From contig NC_042998.1 in assembly GCF_006345805.1 (NCBI RefSeq), positions 134,912,001 through 134,976,000 on the forward strand: 64,000 nt of DNA, in the 5' to 3' direction. The notes under the pieces are model-generated. The model was not told the DNA's origin. It did not search any database and saw only the letters and a program-made list of their open reading frames with translations. Origin of the DNA: Octopus sinensis (lineage: Eukaryota). Positions 21,323 to 34,513 of the stretch are shown here, in pieces. The translations under genes and the position numbers were made by a program. Position 1 is the first letter of the stretch. Each line of letters begins with the position of its first letter.

Positions 21323-23998
21323 AACACCCATACTGTGCTTTAAAGAATGCCTCAACAGCATTAAGTGCTTTATTCAACAGTGCCATTCTAGCAACATACT
21401 CATGATGGGAGACTTCAATCTACCCTGTGTTGACTGGACTACAAACTGTTTGAAACCAAGCACTCCCGCCTCAACCGCTGACAAAGAAGCAGCAGAGTCA
21501 CTTTTCGACTTTACGAATGAGTTTTTCTTGTCCCAACTTGTCCTTGCACCAACAAGACATCAGAACATTTTGGACCTAGTGTTAGTAACCACACTAACAC
21601 TATACATAACGTTACAGTGGAAAAAACCCTTCTTTCAGACCATGACATGGTTCTCTGTAACATGAAATTCCACCAGCCGAAAGCTAATCCTAGTGACTTT
21701 CCTCCAGCCCACCCATTTGACAACATGGATCTCCATAAAGCCAACTGGGATGCAATCAGGAACGAGCTATCAAATGTTGACTGGTCCTTTACACATACAC
21801 ACATCTCCACCAACCATAAAACATCTTGGCAGATCTTTGTAGACACCGTCACAGACATATGTGCAAAACACTCCCCACCAAGACCTGTGAACAAAAAGTG
21901 CAGAATCCCCCAAAACAGAAAAACCATTATCAGAAAAATAAAAAGAACAACAAAAAAAATTAACAAACTAAAGTACTGCCAACAGCAACACACACATTCG
22001 ACGGCTATCGCACTGCTTGAATCCAAAAAATATAACTCCAACAATGCATGAAGACCCTCATCAATAACCAAAGATCAGCTGAGGAGAAGTGGGCCATTGA
22101 AAAAATCAAACTCAACCCCAAAGTGTTCTTTTCATTTGCGAGGAAACGCAGGGTCACTGTCTCCACTGTAGGCCCTCTAATTGACGAAACTGGCACTCTC
22201 CAAGATAATGCCAAATCCATGGCCGAGATACTGCAGAAACAATACTGCTCTGTTTTCGGCAATCCTGATATGGCCGATCTGGGCTGTATCAGTGATGTCA
22301 ACCCCCAACACACTATATCGGACATAACGTTTAGTGCCCCTGATGTCTTAGCGGCGATAAACGAAATAAAACACAATTCAGCAGTAGGCCCCGATAGGTT
22401 CCCTGCTTGTGTCCTGAAGGTGTGTCGACACAACTTGCATCTCCCCTTGCTAATCTGTGGAGAAACTCACTGGATGCTGGCTATATTCCAAAAAACCTTC
22501 TGTCCCAGTCTGTTGTCCCAGTTTTCAAAAAGGGAAGCAAGTCCCTTGCAGTGAACTACCGTCCGATCTCACTCACCTCTCATATCATCAAGGTATTTGA
22601 GAGGGTGGTGAGATCTCGAATAACCCAATTTCTGGAAAGCAACAGACGGCTGATCTCCAACCAAATGGGTTCCGTAATGGAAGGGACTGCCTAACGCAGC
22701 TCCTGCATCACTTTGAGGACATTTTGAGAGCTTTGGGAGAGGGCTCCAACACCGATGTCATCTACCTTGATTTCAGTAAGGCCTTCGACAGGGTCGATCA
22801 CAAGATCCTATTGAAAAAACTATCCAACATTGGTGTCTCTGGAAAGTTACTGAAATGGATTAAGTGTTTCCTGACAGACAGATCTCAACATGTTGTAGTT
22901 GAAGGGGTAAAATCAAGCCCAGCCAAAGTCAGTAGTGGGTTCCGCAAGGCACTGTGCTGGGCCCACTTCTTTTCATCATTTACATTAATGACAGTAATGA
23001 CATCATCAAGCACAGCAACATAAAAATCTTTGCAGATGACTCCAAGCTACAGAAGGTCATAAATGAGGCGAGTGACCGGACATGCCTTCAGTCAGATCTA
23101 CTGGCTGTTATCCAATGGGCAGAAAAAAACAATATGCTGCTGAACGAGGATAAATTTGAGCTAATCCACTTTGGAAAAGAGGATGCCCTGAAACTCCCAT
23201 ACTCCCTTCCTTCAGGTGAAACTCTCGCGGCGTCCAACAACATCAGAGACTTGGGAGTAATTGTGGACAACAACGTAAGCTGGGCCACTCATATAAACAC
23301 CAAAGTTGACATGGCCCGCAGAATGTGTTCCTGGATTCTCAGAACTTTCCAGTCGAGAGATATCCACACCATTATCCTTCTCTTCTCCACTTTTGCCCGA
23401 CCCCACCTTGAATACTGTTGTCCACTGTGGTCTCCCCACACAATACAAGGTATCATAAAAGTTGAAGCACCTCAAAGGGCAATCACAAAAAAGATAGATG
23501 GCATGACAGGCCTCGACTATTGGGGTCGGCTAGAAAAGCTAAAACTCTATTCTCTCCAACGTCGTCGTGAGCGCTACATCATCTGCATGATGTGGAAAAT
23601 ATTCCATCAGCATTGCCCAAATGATGTTGGCATCACCTTTAAGGTACATCCAAGGCTTGGGCCCCGTGCCATCCGCCCAAAACAAAAATCGCACTCTCAT
23701 CTCATAACAACAATACGGCACAATTATTTCACCTCAATTGGCCCCGCTCTCTTTAACATTACACCAAAACACATTAAAACAGAAACTGACCCTATAGGGT
23801 TCAAGAAGTCTTTGGACAGATTCCTTCAAGAAATCCCGGATAAACCCCCTACACCCGGATATGTCTCTGTAAACAATAACTCTCTACTTGAGTGGGCCAT
23901 AGTGCCCAAATTCTGACTTGAAAGACTTCACCAGGTGGTGCTATTAAGTTAGACATGGCCTGGGCCAATAATGGCCGAAACCTTTCAAAGTTTCAAAG
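21323..23998 (+). mobile_element. 5'-truncated CR1-type LINE (family A, copy 2), inverted relative to copy 1
   Basis: Near-identical inverse of 16498-19197; RT C-terminal ORF at 22954-23916; tail (TTTCAAAG)2 at 23983-23998. Confidence 0.9.
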
Positions 23999-24000
23999 TT

Positions 24001-24928
<928 letters not shown>

Positions 24929-27593
24929 TTTATTTTCTGGTTTCAGCTCAGAGCTGCGGCCATGCTGATGCACCGCCGTTTTGTGCTACACTGTTATTAC
25001 GACGAACCTCGTCTAATATGTGGCACTTGGTGAAGAATGGAGTTTGATATAGCTACTCTCATTTGCACCTCTTGCCGTGAGGTAGGTTCATCTGGGATTC
25101 TTGACAGGAAGATGTCCAGTTTGATTTAAAAACCGCTACGTCTACTTTGAGCAAGTCCTCAGACTCTTTGGGAGAATATTAAAAAGCTGTGGGTCCTTGA
25201 AACCCAGGCTGTTGCAGAAGCTGGTCCTGAAGCGTGATGGCATTGCTGGGATCTTTGGCACTATGCAGTGTCGTCCCGTTCTAGCATTGGTGTAGCTTAC
25301 AACGCCAAAATTTGGCACAATTCCTTCCAGGATCTTCCAGACATATATTACTGCATACCTCTCCCGTCTTCTCTCCAGGGAGTAGAGTCTTAGCTGTTTC
25401 AACCTTTCCCAGTAGCTGAGCTGTTGCAAAGAGACGATCTTCTTTGTGAATCTTCTCTGGATTGCTTCAAGGTCCGCTGTTAATTTTACACTGGTGGGTG
25501 ACCATAGCTGTGAGCAGTAATCCAGGCGGCTGAGGACGAATGTCCGCCAGAGGACCATCATGGTTTCCTTATCTCTGGTTCTGAATGTTCTTAGGATCCA
25601 TCCACCTAGTCGTCTGCACTTTGTCGCCATCCTGGTAATGTGCACTTAGAAAGAGGTATCATCACTCATGTCGATACCCAGGTCCCTCACAGACTTAGGC
25701 TCTGGGATTGAAATTCCCTGTGGACCGGTGTATCCTGTAAGTTTAATATTTAGTTTTGGATGCTGGTTGCGCAGGGCCTGGAATTTTTCAGCATTAAACT
25801 GCATATCATTATCCTCAGCCCGAGTCCAACTCCTGCTGCAGGTGGGCAACATCGCTGGGGTTCTGTATTTTCTGCGAGACTTTCGTATCGTCTGCATAGC
25901 TGGCCAGAGTGGCTGTCCGGGCATTTGAGGGCATATCTGAGAGGACCACAACATCGCTGGGGTTCTGTATTTTCTGCGAGACTTTCGTATCGTCTGCATA
26001 GCTGGCCAGAGTGGCTGTCCGGGCATTTGAGGGCATATCTGAGAGGGCCACTATAAAAAGCAGTGGTCCCAAGACAGTGCCCTGTGGAACACCGCTCACT
26101 ATTTGTCTGTTCATAGAGGTGGCTCCATTAACCACTACTGCCTAACTCCTATCTTTCAGGAAGTCCTACAACCACACTCCAAGTTTTCCAGCTATGCTGA
26201 GGTCACGCAGTTTGTGGCATATCATACCATGATCCACCTTGTCAAAAGCTTTTGCAAAATCAAGGTAGATTACGTCCACATTTGATTTGTTGAGTAACTG
26301 CCTCAACACCCAGTCATAATGCTGTAAGAGCTGGGTCAGGCAGCTCCTACCTGGTCGAAAACCATGCTGGGTATCATCACTCAGCAAGTTATTTTCCTCA
26401 AGGAATGCGATTAGTTTCTTTCTGACTATCCTTTCCATGACTTTGCTGATGTGTGAAGTCAGAGAGATAGGCCTATAGTTTTTGGCATCTGCTCTACTTC
26501 CCCCTTTATGTATTGGGCATATTATTCCTTCCTTCAGCTTGCTTGGCAGTTTGCCATTCGCAAGAAAGCTCTGGAAGAGAATCTTGAGGGGTTTTGCCAG
26601 GGCATGCTTACACGCTTTGAGGAGGATGGCTGGGAAACCATCTGGACCAGCAGCTGAGTTTGTGTGCACTTCATCTATGGCTAGTAGGACATCTTTTTCG
26701 CTAATGTCAATACATTCTATTGTAACCGCCTCGCTGGTTATAGGTGAGGCGGCAAAGAAGTCCACTGGTTCGTTCACTTGTCTGTGTTCCAACGGGGTGG
26801 TAAAGACACTTTTGAACTGGTCATTCAGCATCTCACTGATCTTAGTTGAACTGTCTGTGAGGGAGCCATCCTTTTGGAGGAGGGGTCCTATCTTGTAGTG
26901 CACTGAGACTGTTTCTTTCGCATAATGAAAGAAGGCCTTTGGGTTTGATTTAATATTTTTTTATAACCCAGGCTTCTTTGTCTGCTTTCTCCTTCACATA
27001 GGATTGTTGCAGCCTTTTTTCGATCTCCATCAGTGTTGTTTTTAGTGTTGTTTCGCTACTTTTGGGATGTTGGTTGAGACGATTTGCAACCTTCGTCCGT
27101 CGTCTCATGAGGATCTTCCTGTCTCTTGGAATCTTGCTCCTATTTGTTTTGGCCTTGTGCTCTGGGACATATTTCTGGCATACGGCTTGCACAGAAGATA
27201 TGAAACATTCTAGTTTCATGTCAATGTCTGCTGTGGAGAGACATTCCGGCCAGTCCTCTCTGAAGATCTCTTTTTGGATCGATTTCCAATCTGTTTTGTG
27301 GAAGTTCAGCTTGGAGAGATTTCGGGTGCTTCCTTTAGGCTGTATGTCTCTGGTTACTTTTGGCCCAAACATAGACAGCTCTATTATGTTGTGATCCGAA
27401 ACTGATGTCGGTGTCACTTTCACATCAAGAATGATGTCCATATTGTTCGTGAAGCAGAGATCCAGAATGTTATTCGCCCTAGTTGGCTTAAGTACAACTT
27501 GCTCCATGAATAAGGCATTGGTGAGGTTGAGCAGGGATTCCACCTGTACTTGCTTGCAATGATTCATTCCTGAGAGTATGTGACCTTCGGGCC
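24929..27593 (-). mobile_element. 5'-truncated CR1-type LINE (family B)
   Basis: [10 protein letters not shown] (APE C-terminus), YLDFAKAFD, GVPQGTVLGPLLF, YADD (duplicated), YSLERRRERY; 3' tail at 24939-24977; TA tracts on both sides. Confidence 0.9.
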
Positions 27594-27594
27594 T

Positions 27595-27665
<71 letters not shown>

Positions 27666-27671
27666 GTGTGT

Positions 27672-27713
<42 letters not shown>

Positions 27714-27790
27714 ACATACATATATATATATGTATATATAAATATATATATATATATGTATACATATATATATGTATACATACATATATA
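27594..27790. repeat. (TA)n-rich microsatellite
   Basis: Directly visible. Confidence 0.95.
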
Positions 27791-28531
27791 CTTTGATACT
27801 TTGATAGGTTTCGGCCATTATTGGCCCAGGCCATGTCTAACTTAATAGCACCACCTGGTGAAGTCTTTCAAGTCAGAATTTGGGCACTATGGCACACTCA
27901 AGTAGAGAGTTATTGTTTACAGAGACATATCCAGGTGTAGGGGGTTTATCCGGGATTTCTTGAAGGAATCTGTCCAAAGACTTCTTGAACCCTATAGGGT
28001 CAGTTTCTGTTTTAATGTGTTTTGGTGTAATGTTAAAGAGAGCGGGGCCAATTGAGGTGAAATAATTGTGCCGTATTGTTGTTATGAGATGAGAGTGCGA
28101 TTTTTGTTTTGGGCGGATGGCACGGGGCCCAAGCCTTGGATGTACCTTAAAGGTGATGCCAACATCATTTGGGCAATGCTGATGGAATATTTTCCACATC
28201 ATGCAGATGATGTAGCGCTCACGATGACGTTGGAGAGAATAGAGTTTTAGCTTTTCTAGCCGACCCCAATAGTCGAGGCCTGTCATGCCATCTATCTTTT
28301 TTGTGATTGCCCTTTGAGGTGCTTCAACTTTTATGATACCTTGTATTGTGTGGGGAGACCACAGTGGACAACAGTATTCAAGGTGGGGTCGGGCAAAAGT
28401 GGAGAAGTGAAGGATAATGGTGTGGATATCTCTCGACTGGAAAGTTCTGAGAATCCAGGAACACATTCTGCGGGCCATGTCAACTTTGGTGTTTATATGA
28501 GTGGCCCAGCTTACGTTGTTGTCCACAATTA
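27791..28531 (-). mobile_element. 3' fragment of CR1-type LINE family A (copy 3)
   Basis: Near-identical to 16514-17254; (TATCAAAG)2 tail; both ends abut TA tracts. Confidence 0.9.
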
Positions 28532-28581
<50 letters not shown>

Positions 28582-28617
28582 CATATATATATGTATGTAT
28601 ACATATGTATATATATA

Positions 28618-28687
<70 letters not shown>

Positions 28688-29036
28688 ATATATATACATC
28701 TATATATATATATATATGTATACATATATATATATATGTATACCTATATATATATATATGTATATATATATACATATATATGTATGTATATATATATATA
28801 TATGTTATATATATATATATATAGATATATATAATATATTAATATATATATATATATATATACATATATATATGTATATATATATATATACATATATATG
28901 TATGTATATATATATGTATGTATATATATAGATATATATATATATATATTTATATATACATATATATATGTATATATATATACATATATATGTATATATA
29001 TATATGTATATATATATGTATGTATACATATATATA
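28532..29036. repeat. (TA)n-rich microsatellite
   Basis: Directly visible. Confidence 0.95.
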
Positions 29037-29232
29037 TGACGCCATGATAGATCGTTAGCCATTACACACATTTTTTTCTCTCCTTGTTTTTTCTGTGTAC
29101 CTTTCTGTAGAAGAGCGTAGGCTCGAAACGTAAAAGACTTTTTCTATTCCTGAGCGCTATACTAATACATCTGTTTGTTTTGTACACCACCTGTCTTCGT
29201 CTTTTGTTTTGTTTTTTTCGTAAACTTTCCCT
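29037..29232 (+). mobile_element. PLE pseudo-LTR-like repeat with a hammerhead-like fold at 29101-29136
   Basis: Homolog of 9779-9938. CTTT, CTGTAGA, A, GAGC/GTAG/GCTC, GAAA, CGT, A, AAAG. Confidence 0.6.
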
Positions 29233-29238
29233 ATATAT

Positions 29239-29293
<55 letters not shown>

Positions 29294-29443
29294 CATCAAA
29301 GTCTTTTGAGTGCTTAGGGCCTCTATAGGTCTTAATCCGACCCTTCATATATATATAAAAACATATAGTTTATGTTCATATAAAAGAAGAAAATGGAGAT
29401 TGGGAATTTAAAAATTGTTTATTATTAACAACAAATCAATCAT

Positions 29444-29528
29444 CCTCCATTACAGCCGTTTCACTTAATACTCAGTGAATCTAATTAAATATAAAATTCA
29501 TGTAGTGAGCATAATATCTTCAGAGGAA
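29444..29528 (-). ncRNA. Decayed type I hammerhead-like motif (family shared with 61110-61184)
   Basis: CUGAAGA (29523-29517), AU-rich stem II, GAAA (29462-29459), ACGGCUGU, A; part of a ~190-bp repeat also present at 61075-61245. Confidence 0.45.
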
Positions 29529-29599
29529 AAAATATACCCTTGGATATTTTATATGTGTTAATGGATTCATTACAGCAGACTGAATGATCCATAAACACA

Positions 29600-30428
29600 T
29601 CTGATGAAACAGCTACTACGGGCTGTTTATGGGTCTGAAAGCCATCTATGACCTAAGGAGCAATGCAGAGGCACCAATTAAATCAGTAGACGGTAACAAA
29701 CTGCATTCCGACCTTCAAAGGATCAGAGCTAGGAGGAAGGAACACTTCTGTAATCTGTTCAATCAGCAAGGGTCTGTCCAACTAGATGTCTGCAAATGGT
29801 TAGAGCAGCACCATTCAGGAGCTGGAGGAGTCTTTGAAGGCCACGGCAAGTTGCGAAGTCTGAATAGTATTCCCTCAGACTTGCTAAAGAATGGTCAAAA
29901 CCAGCAATGTCTTTCTGAGTGTGTATCCCAGAACTTCAACACAAACCTCTCTTCGTGGTGTTTTGTGGACTTTTCCGAGCTATTCGACACGGTTTAGCGA
30001 AAAAACTCTTTGCAAACTGCTAAAGACTTATGGATGCCCTTAGAAGCTTGTTAACGCCATCTAGTATTTCCACACAGGAATGAAAGGGGTAGTCTCTGTT
30101 AGCGAAGTATTTAGTGAACCATTTGCAGCCAACCATAGTATGAAGCATGCTTAATACCATGAGGGTCAATGCGCACTCTGGAGGGTTCATCTGCACTAGA
30201 ACAGATGGGAAACCCTTCATCTTGTCCCGTCTTCGTGCCTTCACCAAAATCAAGGAAATGTGTGTCAGGAAGCTGCTCTACGCAGACGACTCAGCTCTCG
30301 TGACCTGCTACATTGAGGACATGCAACACGTTATGGACCAGTTTTCTTGGGCAGCAGATATGTTCGGTCTCAAGATTAACACTCCGAAAACTGAGTTGCT
30401 CCACCATACCTTACCCAAAATGATCTAA
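29600..30428 (+). pseudogene. RTE-clade LINE ORF2 relic
   Basis: GLKAIY, KEHFCNLFNQ, FVDFSELFDTV, RTDGKPFILSRL, LLYADD and FGLKINTPKTE motifs. Confidence 0.8.
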
Positions 30429-30577
30429 TACACACACACATATATCTGAAAGAACAGAGTGACACAAGACCCAAGAAACTCTCGGACCATGAGCCACTGT
30501 TGCTTCTGCTAAATATTAATAAAAAATACATATACTAATATTTTGAGTTCTATTTTTCCTGCTTGCATCACCATACC

Positions 30578-30627
<50 letters not shown>

Positions 30628-30754
30628 GGTTGGGTGAGGTTTTGAGTTTGTAAGGGGTTTAGTTATTTGTAGGAATAACTGAATAAAGTTTTATAACATA
30701 CAGGTAGTTTACATAAAAAAAGTTAACGATCAAAAAAAAAAAGTGATCTGTTTT

Positions 30755-31350
30755 ATCTATGGGAGTTGCGATGGGACTGTGTGACAGATCTTTTTCGATT
30801 ATTTATCCTAGGCACCCCAAGAGTGTACAGCTTCCTACATCTCAGGCTTGTACAGAGATGACAGCCAGGCAATTTCATGGAAAATGGATTTAGGAAGAAA
30901 TAATAGCAATCTTGAAAGAGTTTGATTTATATATAACTATCTCTACTAGCGCAGCCACAGTCAACTTCTTAGGCAGTACTGTAAACTTTAAGAACAGGCA
31001 AATACTATTAAATATTATTCCAAGAGAAAGCCCAAGATGACCTTATATATTCATAGAAATTCCACTGTTGTTATAATCAAGATTTTGTAACCGACATCAG
31101 CAGAAGAGTCTCCACTCTATTCTCAGAGATATCTTTGATATCTCCGTTACAATGAGGCGTTACCGAGGAATGGCTTTAATATGGAATTAATGTGCATGGA
31201 GAATTCCCACATTTCGAGAAACAGAGAAAATAACCTGGTGCAATCTAGATGTCTCTCCATGAAATTTACGAGAAATTTCTTAGACAATGCACATGAATGC
31301 ACACATAAATCTCATAAGCTTTTCAATGTGCATAAAGTTGATGTAAGTTG
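30755..31350 (+). pseudogene. Penelope-like element RT core and C-terminal relic
   Basis: MGSCDG, GLYRDD (YRDD at 30851-30862), VNFLG, DDLIYIHRNS, ISRRVSTL, KITWCN and HKLFN motifs across frameshifts. Confidence 0.7.
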
Positions 31351-32329
31351 CTTTTATTTACATCAGACATTCCCATCCAGTGATGCAAGATGGTATTACA
31401 AAGAGAAGATATTTACTTTTTAAAATCGCTTTTCAATATAAAAGTATTTAATAACTATTGAAAACAACTTTAATATTCTACAAATACAGATTAAACCCTT
31501 AGATTATAATTGTCTTTATTCCATTTGCGGTGGCATACTTGTGTGAATCTAGATTCAGTTCTCTTTCGTCAATCAAGATAAAATGATGGTATCGCCTGAA
31601 CCCAGAAGCAGGCATGCGAATCGCAAGAGCAAAAATGTTTCACATTTTGGTGGTCATCATGAATGAGATGCGGGAACAATAAAGCCGTTGGATTTTATAT
31701 TCACAAGTGATCGCTTTCACCGTTAATAATTTCCTTGTCATCTAATTGTTCGATTCACATTTTCATTTTATGCACCAAGTCAAAAGCTTATTTTTTAAGT
31801 TCAATTTGTTCGCCGCAGTGCTATATGTAGTTCAATTTTTTTTTTTAATTATTAATAGTTACCAGAAAATTTACCATGGTAACAGTACTTACCGTGCAAC
31901 GCTTGGTATTCCAGTAGAAACTGGAGAAATAAACAAGCGTCTTCAAAGATTGACATTTTTTTTTTAATCAAAGTAGCTGACCAAAATACCCGAGTGAATT
32001 GTCTCCGAAATACTTCGTATTTATCAAGAACACTTTTCTCAAAAATTGTTTTAAAAAATTGAATCAGTTAACGGATTCAATAGAATAACTAAAGTTGTTT
32101 GCATTTAGGTTAAAAACATGTGCTGGGAGTAGTGCTATACTCCGTCGCCAAATGCAGGAGTATATGTTTTACCAAGCGGTGAAGCAGTTCTGTGAATGTT
32201 CAGACCCTTCCATCGCGACACCAGAATTGCCCGGATTCACCGATGTAGCCAACAAACCTCCCACACAACAGTTCGAACTTGGTTGAGTCAGATGCTGCAA
32301 CTCTGAACCATATGTTTCTATCATCCTCA

Positions 32330-32740
32330 ACGCTCGTTCTTGCTATACCACTAGTACTGTCGCTTGAGCCAAATGTGATGGCTTGCTTTCTCAGCGGCTC
32401 CTGACAATTTTCTGTAAACATCTTTTCTCTCCTTTGCACCTAGTCCAAATGTCTTGAGCATCGAGTGAATCCTAATTTTTTAAAAAATTCTCTAATGCCC
32501 ATCATTACAAGAAGACACTGCCTCCCGTTCGTTGTTTTCACGGAGTTCAGCCAATTCACTGTATTTTGTATTTCTTGAGAAAGCATCTTCAATGCACAAT
32601 TCCCAGGAAATGACAGCCCTACCATTTTACCGCCCACATTTCTTTTTGCACCACATGACAAGGTCGGGTCTTGTAGTGGCAAAAAGTGAGAAGTGATATT
32701 TACCATCAAGGTCAACAGAGATCTCCCAGATACCCTCTCA
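32330..32740 (-). pseudogene. C-terminal restriction-like endonuclease (RLE) region of a HERO/NeSL-like non-LTR retrotransposon
   Basis: Manual translation W..SVDL..TTRPDLVMW...SWE..IEDAF..KYSELA...AEKASHHIWLKR resembles the PD-(D/E)xK region of RLE elements. Confidence 0.6.
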
Positions 32741-33138
32741 TTTTGGATCATTCTTCTTCCTTATAGTTGTTAGCTTGCAACGTTCATTCACCCTACAAAA
32801 CTCGAGCTTTCTACGCTCCACTACTTGTAGCCCTTCACCGTTGTTAGTTCGCTTTACCCTCTTTGCATCTGCATCAGCCAATACTATAAGTACTTGGTTA
32901 TGCTGCTACGTATCTGCGCTCCAGACCTTGTGGGCAGTTAGAGAACGTGTACCTTATCGTTCCAACCTTTCGTATTTGCAAAGACTACTTATCTCTATTT
33001 TCTAACGCTTTAGGTTTGCAGGACTAAGAAGTGTTGTAAATTAAATAAAAATTAAGAAGGTACGTAATTAAAAAGGTACGTAGGGGTAGATAATGCTTCT
33101 TGCACAACTGAGCCGTGTATCGTATATAGAAAGATATA

Positions 33139-33362
33139 TAGTAATCCCTTGCGGTTCACCTATCGCGCACTCAGTACATCGCGGTTCACCTATCGCGCAC
33201 TCATTACATCGCGGATTTTTTGGCTAATATATGTAAATTTATATCGCGGACTCCTCAGTATATCCGAATTTCTGCGGCCGATAGGTATTTATATTTTTTT
33301 TAATTTTAATTATTTCTGTGACAGGTTTTGGAACATAATACTCGATAGTTAGGGGGTTACTG
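33139..33362. mobile_element. Tigger/pogo-like MITE
   Basis: Termini TAGTAATCCC and GGGGTTACTG|TA; 30-bp tandem duplication at 33151-33210. Confidence 0.55.
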
Positions 33363-33920
33363 TAATGAGGGTGTGTGTATATACATATATATGTGTCACG
33401 GCTGGAATGGCAGTTTATTTCCTTGGGTTATTAAAGCGTAATGTTTTAAGAAGTTTAAAAAGTAACGTGTATATCTGTAACAAATAATATACCCATTTAC
33501 ATTTATTCAGAAGTACGATGATTCTCATTCCACAGGTTAGATTGGTCCCTTATGGACATCATTTTCCTGGCAACGCCGGGTATTCTAGTAAAACTAGAGA
33601 AACAAACAAGCATCTTCAAAGATTGACAACTTCTCAGAAATTGTTTTCAAAAACAACAAAAAAAGACATTCAATCAGTTAACGGATTTGAAAATTCACTA
33701 GAATGAATGACTTAGCAAATAACAAGAATGATTAACTGTACTTTGCTATTCATTCTGTTTCTCGGCCTTACAGGCCAAGATCAATATCAAAATCTGTCTC
33801 TATAACAGAAGTAAAATAACTTCTTGATAAAAATGAAACTTGTGTTGCTAAATCTCAGATCTCAGGAAACTTGCATTCCCACTTGCATTATGTAGGAATA
33901 ATAATAATAATAATAATAAA

Positions 33921-34474
33921 ATTCCCTGATGCAGTACCAGGCAGTGGCTCTCATGGCTTCTGATCTTAACTGATTGGAAGTGTTATCATGTACATTATTT
34001 TGTCTTGGTATAAAAGATGGGCTACAGCAAATATTCTGCTTAATACCACAGATTTGCTTGTCAGTTGTTTGACCTTAACCAGTTGAGCATGTCCCTTAGT
34101 GGCTGACGATATGTGCATCTCTGATCATGAGCAGAAGTAGTGGGGGAGCATCATAGCCGTGTGTTGAGAGGAATTCTTGGAGGCTTGGATAGTTCACTTT
34201 TGGAAACATGGGTGATTCGTTCAACATCCTTAAACAATCCTTATTCAGGGACCTTTTGAGCGGGATGGGCTACTCGACCAGAAGAAAATTCTAACTGGGC
34301 CCCACCTGTAAGGTCATGCGCTTTTTATCTTGATATGAGATCACCATGTCGCGCACATATGGTTGTGATGCATGTGCCTGGTGTACCCTTATCAGACGGG
34401 TAGTCATGATGGGTATACTGGGCTTCGTATATTTTACCCCAGTGTCACTTTGATGGCATGCACTGCTCTCTCAC

Positions 34475-34475
<1 letters not shown>
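33921..34475 (+). mobile_element. Non-coding interspersed element flanked on both sides by (TAA)n
   Basis: (AAT)7 at 33897-33917 and (TAA)12 at 34476-34512 bracket a GC-richer ~555-bp segment. Confidence 0.55.

Positions 34476-34513
<38 letters not shown>

Noticed and set aside
21323-23998. Copy 2 as a simple fold-back read artefact of copy 1
   Set aside because: The structure is asymmetric with a distinct 170-bp spacer, a different tail unit in both repeats and diagnostic substitutions. It is not fully excluded without reads.
25847-26046. CRISPR-like or satellite array
   Set aside because: Only two units of RT-coding sequence; no repeat-spacer array was seen anywhere in the window.
33740-33790. 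Hairpin plus GAAAC on the minus strand resembling a hammerhead half
   Set aside because: No CUGANGA upstream.
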